From contig NC_058369.1 of the NCBI RefSeq assembly GCF_018350175.1, forward strand, positions 25,422,001 to 25,486,000: DNA of 64,000 bases, given 5' to 3'. The notes under the pieces were generated by a model. The model was given only the letters and a program-made list of their open reading frames with translations. It did not search any database and was not told where the DNA came from. Both the position numbers and the translations under genes were made by a program. Positions 25,327 to 37,989 of the stretch are shown piece by piece (position 1 is the stretch's first letter; the number at the start of each line of letters is the position of its first letter). The stretch comes from Felis catus (Eukaryota).

Positions 25327-28300
25327 CCTCCCCCACTTGTGCCCCACTTGCACATGCTTTCTCTCTAAAGTAAATAAATAAATAAACTTGGCAACTTGTA
25401 CAGAGCATACTGTGTGTTTAAAAATTTTTTTTTCAACGTTTATTTATTTTTGGGACAGAGAGAGACAGAGCATGAACGGGGGAGGGGCAGAGAGAGAGGG
25501 AGACACAGAATCGGAAACAGGCTCCAGGCTCTGAGCCATCAGCCCAGAGCCTGACGCGGGGCTCGAACTCACAGACCGCAAGATCGTGACCTGGCTGAAG
25601 TCGGACGCTCAACCAACTGCGCCACCCAGGCGCCCCCATACTGTGTGTTTAAAAAAAAAAAGTTACATGGGTGCCTGGATGGCTCAGTTGGTTAATCATC
25701 AGACTTTGGCTTGGATCATGATCTCACAGTTCATGGGTTTGAGCCCCACGTTGGACTCTGTGCTGACAGCTCAGAGCCTGGAGCCTGCTTCAAATTCTGT
25801 GTCTTCCTCTCTTTCTCCCCTACTCCCACTCTGTCTCTCAAAAAATAAACATTAAAAAAAAAACTTACACAATGTAAGAGATGACTAAATATACGTACTA
25901 AACTCCACATGAGATAAACATACTTTTGGAGAAGGATAACTTGTGAGCCAAAGCCTAAAGGATGGATTACAGACTTCAGGAGTAAAATCTTCACATATTT
26001 TTTCCAATACGGGCATCCAGGAGACAGCGAGGTGACAATTCTGTAGGCACACCCAAGTTCCTTCTTCTATTGCTGCTTTAATCATTTTTGTTGCAACTGG
26101 TCCTTGTCCTTGTCCCAGTGAAATAGCATGAAATTTATTTCCAGACATCGCTTTATCATTTGCAAATTTCAGCAGGCCTAAGAGAGCACAAAACATAGCT
26201 CCACTGCTTACTGTAAAATCATGAAATATACCTTATGTTTCAGTGTGCAGGCACATAACTGGAAGATTCCGTTGCTTTTCCTTACATATACCAGATTTAC
26301 TAACTGATCTACGATCATGTAAGAAATGGACATTGAGCAAAATGGATCATTTATAAGTTCCTAAAAGTTTGCAGGAGGTAGACTTACTGGCCATGGGATC
26401 TGCTCCTGGAGAGAGCACAAAAATTAAAGGAATGGTACAGTTTGAGTCCAAGTAACTCTTTGTCAAATCAAATGGTGGAGGCTCCACAAACTTTTTCCCC
26501 AGTTTATCAGTTACATAATTTGTTATAGCTGGAGTTATCTGTTAAAGAGAGAAAAGATATGATCTTTAGGTTAATTTTCATTTCACATAACAATTTTGAT
26601 TATTACTGGAAATTAACAAAGAGTACAATTTGTCTAATGGTCAAGAAAATCATGAAACGTATCATGAAGTGCTAATTTTTCTAATACATAAAAAGTATCT
26701 ATCAACTGTTAGGACAAGACTAACAATCCAAAAGAAAAATGGGCAGGGAAGATGAACAGTTAATTGAAATCATTCTGTACAGCAGAAACTGCAAAATGTT
26801 CCCATTTCTCTCCTTTTGGTGATACAACCTCAAGTTTTCCCAACTTTTCTTGTACCTAGATGTGGCTGTGTGACTAAGTTTTGGCCAGAGGGATACAAGT
26901 AGAAGTTATATATGGAGCTTCCAGAACATATTTTTTTAATAAAGAGCAGTTTTATAAAAAGACCCCCCTCTTTTTTTTTTTTTAACGTTTATTTATTTTT
27001 GAGACAGAGAGAGACAGAGCATGAACGGGGGAGGGTCAGAGAGAGGGAGACACAGAATCTGAAACAGGCTCCAGGCTCTGAGCTGTCAGCACAGAGCCCG
27101 ACGCGGGGCTCGAACTCACGGACCGCGAGATCATGACCTGGGCCGAAGTCAGCCGCTTAACCGACTGAGCCACCCAGGCGCCCCAAGACCCCCCTCTTTT
27201 GGGGGCGCCTAGGTGGCTCAGTCGGTTAAGCAGCTGACTCTTGATTTCAGCTCAGGTCATGATCTCAGTTTTGCAAGTTCGAGCCCCATGTTGGGCTCTG
27301 TGCTGGCTGCGGTGCCTGCTTAAGATAACCTCTCCCACTCACTCCCTGACCCTCCCCTGCTCTTGTGCTCTCTCAAAATAAATAAGCATTAAAAAAAAAA
27401 ATGCTCTCTTTTGCTTTTCAACAGATGTGGTATTTATGAGCCAGCTTCAATCTCGCTGATGAGGACCATATTCTAGGGGACTTTACTAGCATGAAAGAAA
27501 GAACTTGAATGTCTGGATGACCTCAAAAACAGACCTGCCCTGCCAGTCCTCAGGCATTTGCTCTGGGCTTACTTAAGAGAGACAGAAAGATTAACTTCTT
27601 TTTTATTTAAGCTACTGTATTTTAGGTCTCTTTGTTACAGTGGCCTAGTCTATACCCTAACACTCATAATAAAAAAAATAAAAATTATAACTATACTTAA
27701 ATGCCATTTTTTGCCTTTCAGATGGTTATGTTAAGGGACAAAGATAGTCTCTATTGACCCTTAGATTGTTTCCTTCTTCATAGCAGGCTGAAACCTATTA
27801 GTTCAAAAGCCCACTGACACCAAACTAAAATTTTTAGATATTCAATTATTGTAAACATAGCCCAAATAAGCAGATTTTTAGCCATTTACAGCCTGCCTAT
27901 TTGCACCCAACATCTGCTAGCTATGGTAAATCCTAGGCTATAATGACCCCCAGCCACTGTAGCCCTTCAGAGCTCTGATCCAGGGACTCCAAACCATAGT
28001 GCTGTTGATAAATGCTACCAAGACCCCACACAAGCCTCTTCTCCCTTCCCCTAAAGGAGTTTCTTTGCCGTCTTCCTCTTTGGAGTTGTGGGACCCCCAC
28101 CCCCCAAATCCCAGCATCTGGAGAGACTCCTGCTATGAGGGGCTTCCACCTCTCAGCATGCAAACCTGTTCCAGCATCGTCCAGCATAGCTCTTGTATGC
28201 TACTGCCACCTTACGTCCATGTCTTTTCCCAGATCGGTCCCCAGATTCCTCAACCCCCTCGCACAGATTAGCAAAGATACAAAAGTTTGCCAGCATTCTG

Positions 28301-31300
28301 TGCGGGAAAAATTATGGGTTAAACTGATATTCTCATACACTGCTGTGGAAGAGTAATCTGGCCTAATTTTCATGACGGGCAATTTGGGAATGTCTATAAA
28401 ATTACAAGTGGGCAAATCCACGGACTCAGCAATTTTATTCCCAGGACTTTATTCTGAGAGAGAGTTGCACATGGGAGAAATGACTTTTGAATAAGGTTAT
28501 TTATTGCAGCATTTTTATAATTGTGAATGTCCATCAATAGGAACTGGTTAAAGAATTTATGGTGTACACTTACAATGAAATAGCATGTAATTGTAAAAAA
28601 GAATGAGAAAGCTCTTTATAAACTGAGAGAGGAAAAAGCAACACGCAAAAACAGTGGATATGACTATTTGTGTTAAAAATAAATGGACAAAGAATTTGTG
28701 TGTATGCATATGTATATGTGCATAAAGGGGAACAAGAAGCAGATAACATTAACTGCCTGAGAGAAAGGATGCCAACTGACTGGGAGGTGCAGATTGGAGG
28801 TCTATCTTTCACTGTATTCACGTATTCTTGTGATTCAAACACTGTTTCAGTTTTGAGCCACAAGAATTAATTTAAAATAAAAGAGTGAGGGGCGCCTGGG
28901 TGGCTCGGTTGGTTGGGTGTCCGACTTCAGCTCCGTCATGATCTCACGGTCTGTGAGTTCGAGCCCCGCGTCGGGCTCTGTGCTGACTGCTCAGAGCCTG
29001 GAGCCTGTTTCAGATTCTGTGCCTCCCTCTCTCTCTCTGCCCGTCCCCTGTTCATGCTCTGTCTCTCTGTGTCTCAAAAATAAATATACATTAAAAAAAA
29101 ATTTTTTTAATAAATAAAATAAAATAAAAGAGTGATATTCATCAACAGTAGCAGCAGAAAATAAGTAGAGAGGTATTAGATATCATCTTCTAAATGCCAA
29201 ACAACTTTCTAAAGTAACACTGTAGGAATTTGGTGGAGGGAGGAGAGATCATCACAGACTTCTGCAGTCCTGGCATAGATGGGGAAAAGGGATGGATCTT
29301 CTATATGAGAAATTTTGAGAAGTTGTGAGCAATTCTGTGGGTTTAAACAGTGGAAGTTTCTCTTTTTTTTCTTCAAATGTTTATTTATCTTAAGAGAAAG
29401 AGCATGTGTGCACAGGGAAGAGGCAAAGAGAAAGGGAGAGAGAGAATCCCAAGCAGGCTCCATGCTGTCAGCACAGAGCCCAACACGGGGCTCCATCTCA
29501 CCAACTGTAACATCACAACCTGAGCGGAAATCAATCGTCGGATGCTTAACCAACTGAGCCACCCAGGCGCCCTAGAAACAGTGGAAGTTTCAAGAAGATA
29601 AGAATGGAATGGCAGAAAAGAGGTATTATTAGCCAAGGTAACAAGACTATCAAGCTGTACTTCTGTCATTATTCTATAGGTATTGAAAGGCCACTGAAGG
29701 GTTTTCAAAAAGGACCTTGTAATGGTGTAATAGATTTTTCTTCCTTTCTTTAATAACTTCACCTGGGCAATGAGGAAATCTTTTTTATCCTTTTACTATT
29801 AACACTATGTATAATTTCTATCTAGCACAGATCTTCAGTTGTGCATCTTAAGGGAAGGGAGATACTGAGTACACAGAGACCTTGCCCCTCATTAATCTAT
29901 GCACAGACCAGGGCCAATGTTCCCTGAGATGATGTAGCTGCAATGAAGCATGATAATTTTCTGTAGAAAAAGTACCTTGTTCCAGTAATTTAATATAAAA
30001 AAAAAGTTATGACTTTTCTATAAGATTTTTATCCTTTATGTAAGATACTCTAGGGAAGAAATTATGGAAACTTGAACAGACCTGGAGATAAGTTTTGTGG
30101 TAGTTAATTTTAGGTGTCAGCTTTGTTAGGGCATAGTACCCAGATATTTGGTCAAAAACTAGTCTGGCTGTTGCCATGAAGATATTTTTAAGATGAGATT
30201 AATTTTTTAAGTTTATTTATTTATTTATTTTGAGAGAGAGAGAAAGAGAGAGACAGCGTATGGGAGGAGCAGAGAGAGAGAGAATCTCAAGCAGACTCCA
30301 CACCAACAGTGTGGATCCCAGCACAGAAGTTGAACTCATAAACCATGAGATTGTGGCCTGAGCCAAAATCAAGAGTCAGAGGCTTAACTGACTGAGCCAC
30401 CCAGGCCCGCTGAGATTAATTTTTAAATCCGTGGACTTTGAGTTAAGTGAATTACTCTCCGTAACGTGAGTGGGCCTCACTCAATCAGTTGAAAGGCTAA
30501 AGAGAAAAAAGACTGTCTTCCACTGAGGAAGAGGAAATTGTGCCAGCACACTGCCTTTGGACTAGAGCTACAATATTGATTCTTCCAGGTCTCCAGCCTG
30601 CAGATTCTGGACTTACCAGCCTCCACAATCATGTGAGCCAATTCCTGTCAATCTCTGTTTCTGTCTCACCTATCCTGTTGGTTCTGTTTCTCTGGAGAAT
30701 CCTGACAAAGAGAGGCTTTAACTGAACTTAGTTTAATTTGATTCAGTTCAACTCAATTCAGTGACATTTACTGAGATATCCTATTATCTTCTAGGCACTG
30801 TTTTAAGTCCTGGAGATATTGAGCAAAATAAGACATGGGTCCTGACTTCCAGAAGCTCAGAGTGTAGTGGGAGACACTGACAAACGAACCGATAATTATT
30901 GTATAGTCCAGCGTGGTAAGTGCTGTAATGTTTAAGCACAGGTTCCCAAGCATGGCAGACTAGGCAATTACCCCATACTTGGCATTGAAACAATATCTCC
31001 ATTGGCCATCAGGGAGCCATTCTGTGGAGTGCAAATTAGGCAAGAGTTTCCCAGATGCAGAGCTAATCATTCCTAAGTTTCTAGTGAACAAGGGAAGCTA
31101 TAGGCGATAAAATAATGAATATATCATTGTTTTGGCCTTAAAGAGACTATTGTCCAATGAAAGGAACATATATATACATACAACTATTGGGTAGGAAGTA
31201 ATGAGGTAAGTTTTAACAATGTACAAAGGTCTTTGAAGTTAAAATAAGAAGAAATACTCAGGAGTCAAGTAGTTATGTAAACTTCTGTTTGAATTTACTC

Positions 31301-32503
31301 AGAGCCTAAGTGAAGCATTAGATAATGCTCCTTGTGAAGCTCTACTAAAAACATAAATGTAAAAAAAAAAAAAAAGAAAAGAAAAGGAAAAAAAGGAAAG
31401 AAAAGAAGGAAGGGATCAGTGCAATTCTTTCAATATCTCATTTTATACATGGAGCTCAGAAGGGTGAGGTGACTTTCTCAAAGTTCAAACTACATGTATA
31501 AACATAGTCTCTTGGTTTTCTGCTTAAAAGTTTTTCTTTTGAGGGGTACCTGGGTGGCTCAGTTGGTTAACCATCTGACTTTGGCTCAGGTCATGATCTC
31601 ATGGTTCGTGGGTTCAAGCCCCACGTCAGGCTCTGTGCTGACAGTGCAGAGCCTGCTTGGGAATCTCTCTCTTTCCCTCTCTCTCTCTCTCTCTCTGCTC
31701 CTCCCCCATTCATGCTTTCTCTCTCAAAATAAATAAACTTAAAAAAAATAAAAGTTTTTCTTTTGTAACACCATAATCGCCTTTCTTGAATGTGTGAAAA
31801 TCAGAACTAGCTTGTTTAATTCACCAATAGAAAGATTTTTGTGTACATTAGCCATCTGTATGTCTTCTTTGGAAAAAGGTCTGTTCATCTCTTCTGCCCA
31901 TTTTTTTTTTTTTTAAGAAAGGCAGACTGCCACGTGCAGCGCCTCATTTGGATGTGTCTGGAGTCTTGGAAGCTTGACTACCCTACGTTCTCCTACAAAT
32001 GGACCTTGAGAGCTTGTTTGGAGGTTCTAGCAGGGGAGCGCAGCTACTCGTATACCCTTGACCGAAGAACGGTCCTCCTCTATCGGGGAAGGTCGTCCTC
32101 TTCGACCGAGCACGCAGCTTCGGGAGGGACGCACATGGAGCGGTGAGGGAGGAAGGGGACACCCGCCTAGCCAGCCAGATCAGCCGAATCAACCCTGGTG
32201 ATCAATGGGGTGACAGATGTCGCAGCCAGATCGCCCTCACATCCTCTTCTGCCCATTTTTTACCTGGACTATTTGTTTTCTGGGTGTTGAGTTTTGTAAA
32301 ACAGTATGGAGGTTCCTCAAAAAGTTAAAAACAGGACTACCTACCATCCAGCAATTGCACTACTCAGTAAAGGATACAAAAGTAGTAATTCAAAGAGATA
32401 CATGCACCCCACCTCCATGTTTAACAGCTGCACTATCAACAGTAGCAAAATTTTGGAAAGAGCCCAAATGTCCATTGACTGATGGATGGATAAAGAAGTT
32501 TGG

Positions 32504-32545
<42 letters not shown>

Positions 32546-35500
32546 GAATATTACTCAACCATTAAAATGAATGAAATCTTGCCATTTGCAATGATGTGGG
32601 TGGAGCTAGAGAGTATTATGCTAAGCAAAATAAGTCAGACAGAGAAAGAAAAAACCCATATGATTTCACTCATATGTAGAATTTAAGAAACAAAACAGAT
32701 GAAAATGGGGGGGGGGGGAAGAGAGGCAAACCATAAAATAGACTCTTAACTATAGAGAATGGAGAGTTGCCGGAGGGAGTGGTGAACAGGGGAGTGGGCT
32801 AAATGGGTAATGAATATTAAAGAGGGCACTTCTTGTGATGAGCACTGACTATTGTATGTAAGTGATGAATCACTAAATCCTACACCTGAAAACTAATATT
32901 ATACTGTATATTAACTAACTGGAATTTAAATAAAAACTTGTTAGAAGAAAAAAAGATTTTTGTGCATGTTTAAACTAATAAAATTATGACATGTGTAAGA
33001 TTTTCTAACATCTTTTACTTCCAGCCAATATGGTCCTTTCTGCTAACAGGGACCAGATTTACCCTCCCACATAAACAACAAAAATAGGCAAAATTAAAAA
33101 AAACAAAAACAAAAACAAAAACAACCATTTTCAGACACTGAGCAATTCAGACAACAGGTGGTAGAAGACTTTGATCTCTGCCAAAGAGGAAACATACAAG
33201 GTGAGTTTGCTTAGGCTTTCTTCTGGGAGGTACATTTCAGCCTGTGGAACAGGAAAAGCCATTAAAAAGCAGAGCAACACAGTGTTGCAGAGTTGGGAAG
33301 ACAGGAAACTCTTAAACTCTGGTTTAAGGAGGGAGGCTACTGGAAGTTACAGAGTTCAGAGTAGAAGGGAACTACCCAGAATCTGCCTAACAGTACCCTT
33401 GTATCTCTTCTGAATGCTGTGGTGTGGAAGCATAGGCCAAGCAAAGAGTGGCTGGGAAGCTATGAACTGGAGATCTACAGAGCTACCAGAGTTCATGCAA
33501 GGCCGGGAATCATTCAGGTTCCCAACCGCCATAGTGGAGAGCTCTTGGTGATCACTTGGATATTCAGTAAAGTCCCCAGAAGGGTCACAATTTAGTAGTG
33601 GAGCTAAATTATCTGTTGAGCTAAACTATCTGTCGAGAAAAGGCTATTCTACACTTGTGCTAACATTCTTTTTTTTTTTTTTTTATTCTTTAATGTTTAT
33701 TCATTTTTGAGAGACCTAGAATCTGAAACAGGCTCCAGGCTCTGAGCTGTCAGCACAGAGCCCGATGTGGGGCTAGAACTCAGGACCAGCAATATCATGA
33801 CCTAGGCCAAAGTCAGACACCCAACCGACTGAGCCACCCAGTCGCCCCCAAATAAATGAACTTTATAAACAAACAAACAAACAAACAAACAAACAAACAA
33901 ATACATAGAAATAATTAACAGAGCGGTCACCTATAGTATAATACCAAGCAGTCTAATACATATCTAATTGGAAACATAAGATTGGGGTGGCAAAAAATAT
34001 TTGAAGAAATAATGGCCAAAATTTTTCCCAAGTTGAGAAAAACTATAAACCCATATATCCAAGGAGCTCAATGAACCCCTCTGAGCATCTAGAATGAGGG
34101 CTAAAGAACCAAATAACAATTACTTTAAACCTAGAACAACTTCTGTTTTTAAAATTTGAGCATAGTTGACATACAATGTTACCTTTGTTTCAGGTGTGAA
34201 ACTTAGATTTGATAAGTTTATACATTATGCTAAGTTCACAAGTGTAGCTACCATCTGTCCCATTACACTGTTTTTACAAAGTCATTGACTATATTCCCTT
34301 ATGTTGTGCCTTTTATTCCCCAGACTTATTCTTAAATGGCAAATTAGCTGGGTTTGAAATAGAACACATTTGTCTTTTACCTTATCAGGTCTTAGGCACC
34401 GAAGAATTATTATCTTCTGTAGTTCATTCAGTCTTTCATCCATTGGTGCTGGAAATTTAGCATTATGTGGCTCTTTACTGTCATAGATTTCCCGCCATTC
34501 AGTTATATGTTTGCAAAAATGTTCCCTAATGGAAAAAAAGCTAATTATTATTTCACTGGCAGATAATTTAAAAAGATATTGTTAAACAAGGAGATTACAA
34601 ATTTACCCATCCTTACTCAATTCTAAATCATCAAGTTTAAACAAATACCTGAGTTCTTTGAAGGCAGGAAATTCACTTGCCCGGCAAATTTCCTCCCAGC
34701 TTTTATCTGATAGCCAAGTTGGGTCAGGATTTTTCTCAGTACTCTTAAGACTTACTCCTCCAGTTAAAAGAAACATCAGTTCCTGGTACTCAATCTCTTT
34801 CTTTGCCCTGTATTCCCAAAATAAAGACTGCTGTAAATTGCTCATTTTAAAATGGAATGAAATCAATTTCTGCTTCTATAGCCTCAATGAAATAATCAGA
34901 ACTGATTTACCCTACTGCCATAAACAACTAGAAAACTGGAAAAAGTGAATGAAATGACTGTTTCTGGAAGTTATACAATAGCCAGTGCAACACTGCGGTC
35001 CCTGAAAAAAGGGAGACAAATATGATTGTCCAAATCAATCGCTATGATTGCCCCAGCTATTTGCCTGGAGGCACTTTCCAGACTATAAAACAGAGAGGTG
35101 ATCAAAATCAGAACCAGATGGTATTGTTGAGTTGAATGAACAGAGACCAGAGTTAAGGAAGGCTCAGGTGGTAGAATTTGTGGGCTGAGTCCCAGAGAGG
35201 AGGGAGATACATGGAAAAGGGCTTCAGAAATCTGCATGGGTATCCTCTTGATTCAGTTGCTAAACACTAAGTCATATGTGAATAGGGTAAAACTCCAGGA
35301 GGCCAGGCAGAGAATATCTGGGAAGCTGTAACCTGAATAGCTCCTGAGCTTACACAGAACTTGGAGAAGTGAATTCTTACCAACTAGAGATAAATCTTTG
35401 TTAAACACCAGAGGAATTCAGACGCAACATCAGAGGGATCACACCTTAGTAGCAAAGCTAACCTAGTTTTAGAATTAAGTCTATTCTAGAGCTACTGTAA

Positions 35501-37841
35501 GAAAGCTTAAAAACAAGCCTTGGAAACATCAAACTAATGCAATAATTTAACTACTTGCAAAAGTAAAGTCTAATGCTTTTTAAAGGAATTAAAAGCCCTT
35601 AGTATTTATCAATGTAAAATTCACAACATCCATAACCAGGAGAAAAGATCAGTCAATAGATACATAGAATGATAGAGATAATACAACAAGAAGACAAGAA
35701 TGTTACAAGAGCTATTACAAATATGCTGAAGGAGTTAAAGCAAAACGAACGTAATGAAGAGAGAAACAGGCCATAGAAAAAATAACCAAATGCAACTTCT
35801 AGAGATAAAAAATACAAAATCTAAAAGAAAAATTCAGGGGCACCTGGGTGGTCTGTTGGTTAAATGTCTAACTCTTGATTTCAGTTCAGGTCATGATCTC
35901 TTGGTTTATGAGATAGAGCCCCACGTGCTTGGGATTTTCTGCCCCTCCGCTGCACACTCACTCTCTCTCTCAAAATAAATAAATAAAAAGAAAAGAAAAA
36001 TTCACTGATTTCTTTCCAGATGTAGAGAAACTGAAAGGATTCATTGCCAGTAGACATAAAGCATTAGAAATGTTAGAGAAGTTTCAAGTTGGAAATTTAG
36101 ATCAACACAAAAGAATAAAGACTGCCAGAAATAGTAGCTATGTAGGTAAACATAAAATACTTTTTTCTTATTATTTAAGTCTCTTTAAAAGATTATTGAC
36201 TACTTAGAGCAAAATAACAACATGCTATGGGATTTATAATATGTACAAGTGAAATATATGACAATAATAAAGCAAAGGCTAGGAGGAGAGAGATGGAAGT
36301 AAATAGTTGTAAGTTCTTATACTATATGTATATATATGTATATGTATGTGTGTGTATATGTATGTGTGTAAATATATGTATATATATAAAGTTTACCTGA
36401 AGATAGACTGTGATGTGTTAAAAGGTATACTATAATCCCAAAGATATCACTACAATAATAAAACAAAAAATTATAGTTAGTAAGTTAACAAAGGAGATAA
36501 AACGGAATCATAATAAGTACTTAATTCAAAGAAAAAGAAAATGAGGAAATGAAACAAATGAGGAAATGAACAGATGTGCAAAACAGAAACCAAGTTGTAA
36601 GATGGTAGATTTCAACATAACTCTATTATGTCATTGAATATAAATGGTCTAAACAATTTCATTAAAGGTAGTGATTATCAGATTGGACAAAACAAATAAG
36701 ACCTAACTACATGTTGTCAACAGAAATACAGCTTAAATATAAAGACACAAGTAGGTTAAAAGGAAAAGTATGGAAAAATATATACCATGCTAACACTATT
36801 CAAAAGAAAGCTGGGGACAATAATAATATCATACAAAACAGATTTCGAACAAAGGATAACCCAGGGATTAAAAAAAAAAAGTCAAGTCAATTCATTAAGA
36901 GGTCATAACAGTCCTAGACACTTACACATCTAATAACAGAGCATCAATACACAAAGAAATATTGATACAACTATCAGAAGCAATCTCCATAGCTAAGAGA
37001 TTCCAATCCTCTCTCAAAAATTGATTGAACAGGCAGACAGAAAATCAATAAGGATACAGTATATAGACTAGCTTGACCTAATTGGCATTTATAGAATATT
37101 CCATTCAAGAGCAGCAAAATACACATTCTTTTCAATGGCATATGGAATACTTGCAGAGACAGACCACATTCTAGGCCTTAAAATGTCTCATTCATAAAAT
37201 TTCTAGAAAAGGAATAATTGTGGAGACAGAAAGCAGATCAGTGGTTACCTGGGGCTGGGAGTAGGAATAGTAATTGACTAAGTAGGGAAAAGGAAACTTT
37301 GAGGTAATAGAATTGTTCTAAAACTGGAATTTGGTGATGGCTGCATAATTGTATAAAAATACTAAAAATCATCTAACTGTATTATGATGGGCAAATTGCA
37401 TAGTATGTCAATTATACGTAATAGGGCTAAAAAAAAGAGATGTTCTCCAGATAAATGAAAACTAAAGTTTATCACCACTAAACTGGCCTTACAAGAAATA
37501 TTAAAGGGACTTCTCTGAGCTGAAAAGAAATGACACTAATTAATAACAACAACAAAAAGTGAAAGTAAAAATCTCACAGAAAAGGTAAATAAATAGTAAA
37601 GGTAGTGAATTCAATCACTTTTAAAGCAAGTATGAAGGTTAAAACACAAAAGTAGTAAAATTAAAACTACAATAGTTAAGGGATGCATAAATGTGACATC
37701 AAAAATATAAAATGGGGGTATGTCTGGGTAACTCAATTGGTTGAGCTTCTGACTCTTGATTTCAGCTCAGGTCATTATCTCATGGTTCATGGGAGCAAGC
37801 CCCACGTTGAACTCCATGCTGACAGTGCAGAGCCGCTTGGG

Positions 37842-37879
<38 letters not shown>

Positions 37880-37937
37880 CCTCCTTACCCCCTTCAAAAT
37901 AAATAAATAAATGTAAAACAGACTATTATAATAATTT

Positions 37938-37989
<52 letters not shown>

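Noticed and set aside
24656..25855. Recurrent MAQSV/MGAW peptide family or repeat-spacer array
   Set aside because: Translations of Can-SINE consensus sequence; the short repeats are TSDs, not CRISPR repeats.
27933..28356. Overlapping ORFs on both strands
   Set aside because: They lie within a solo LTR and show no gag/pol/env similarity.
31915..32244. Functional RN7SK gene
   Set aside because: Has a poly(A) tail and TSD, sits inside L1, and shows no recognisable upstream PSE/TATA.
31841..32570. ORFs of 61-117 aa overlapping 7SK and L1
   Set aside because: Chance frames across a ncRNA copy and L1 sequence.
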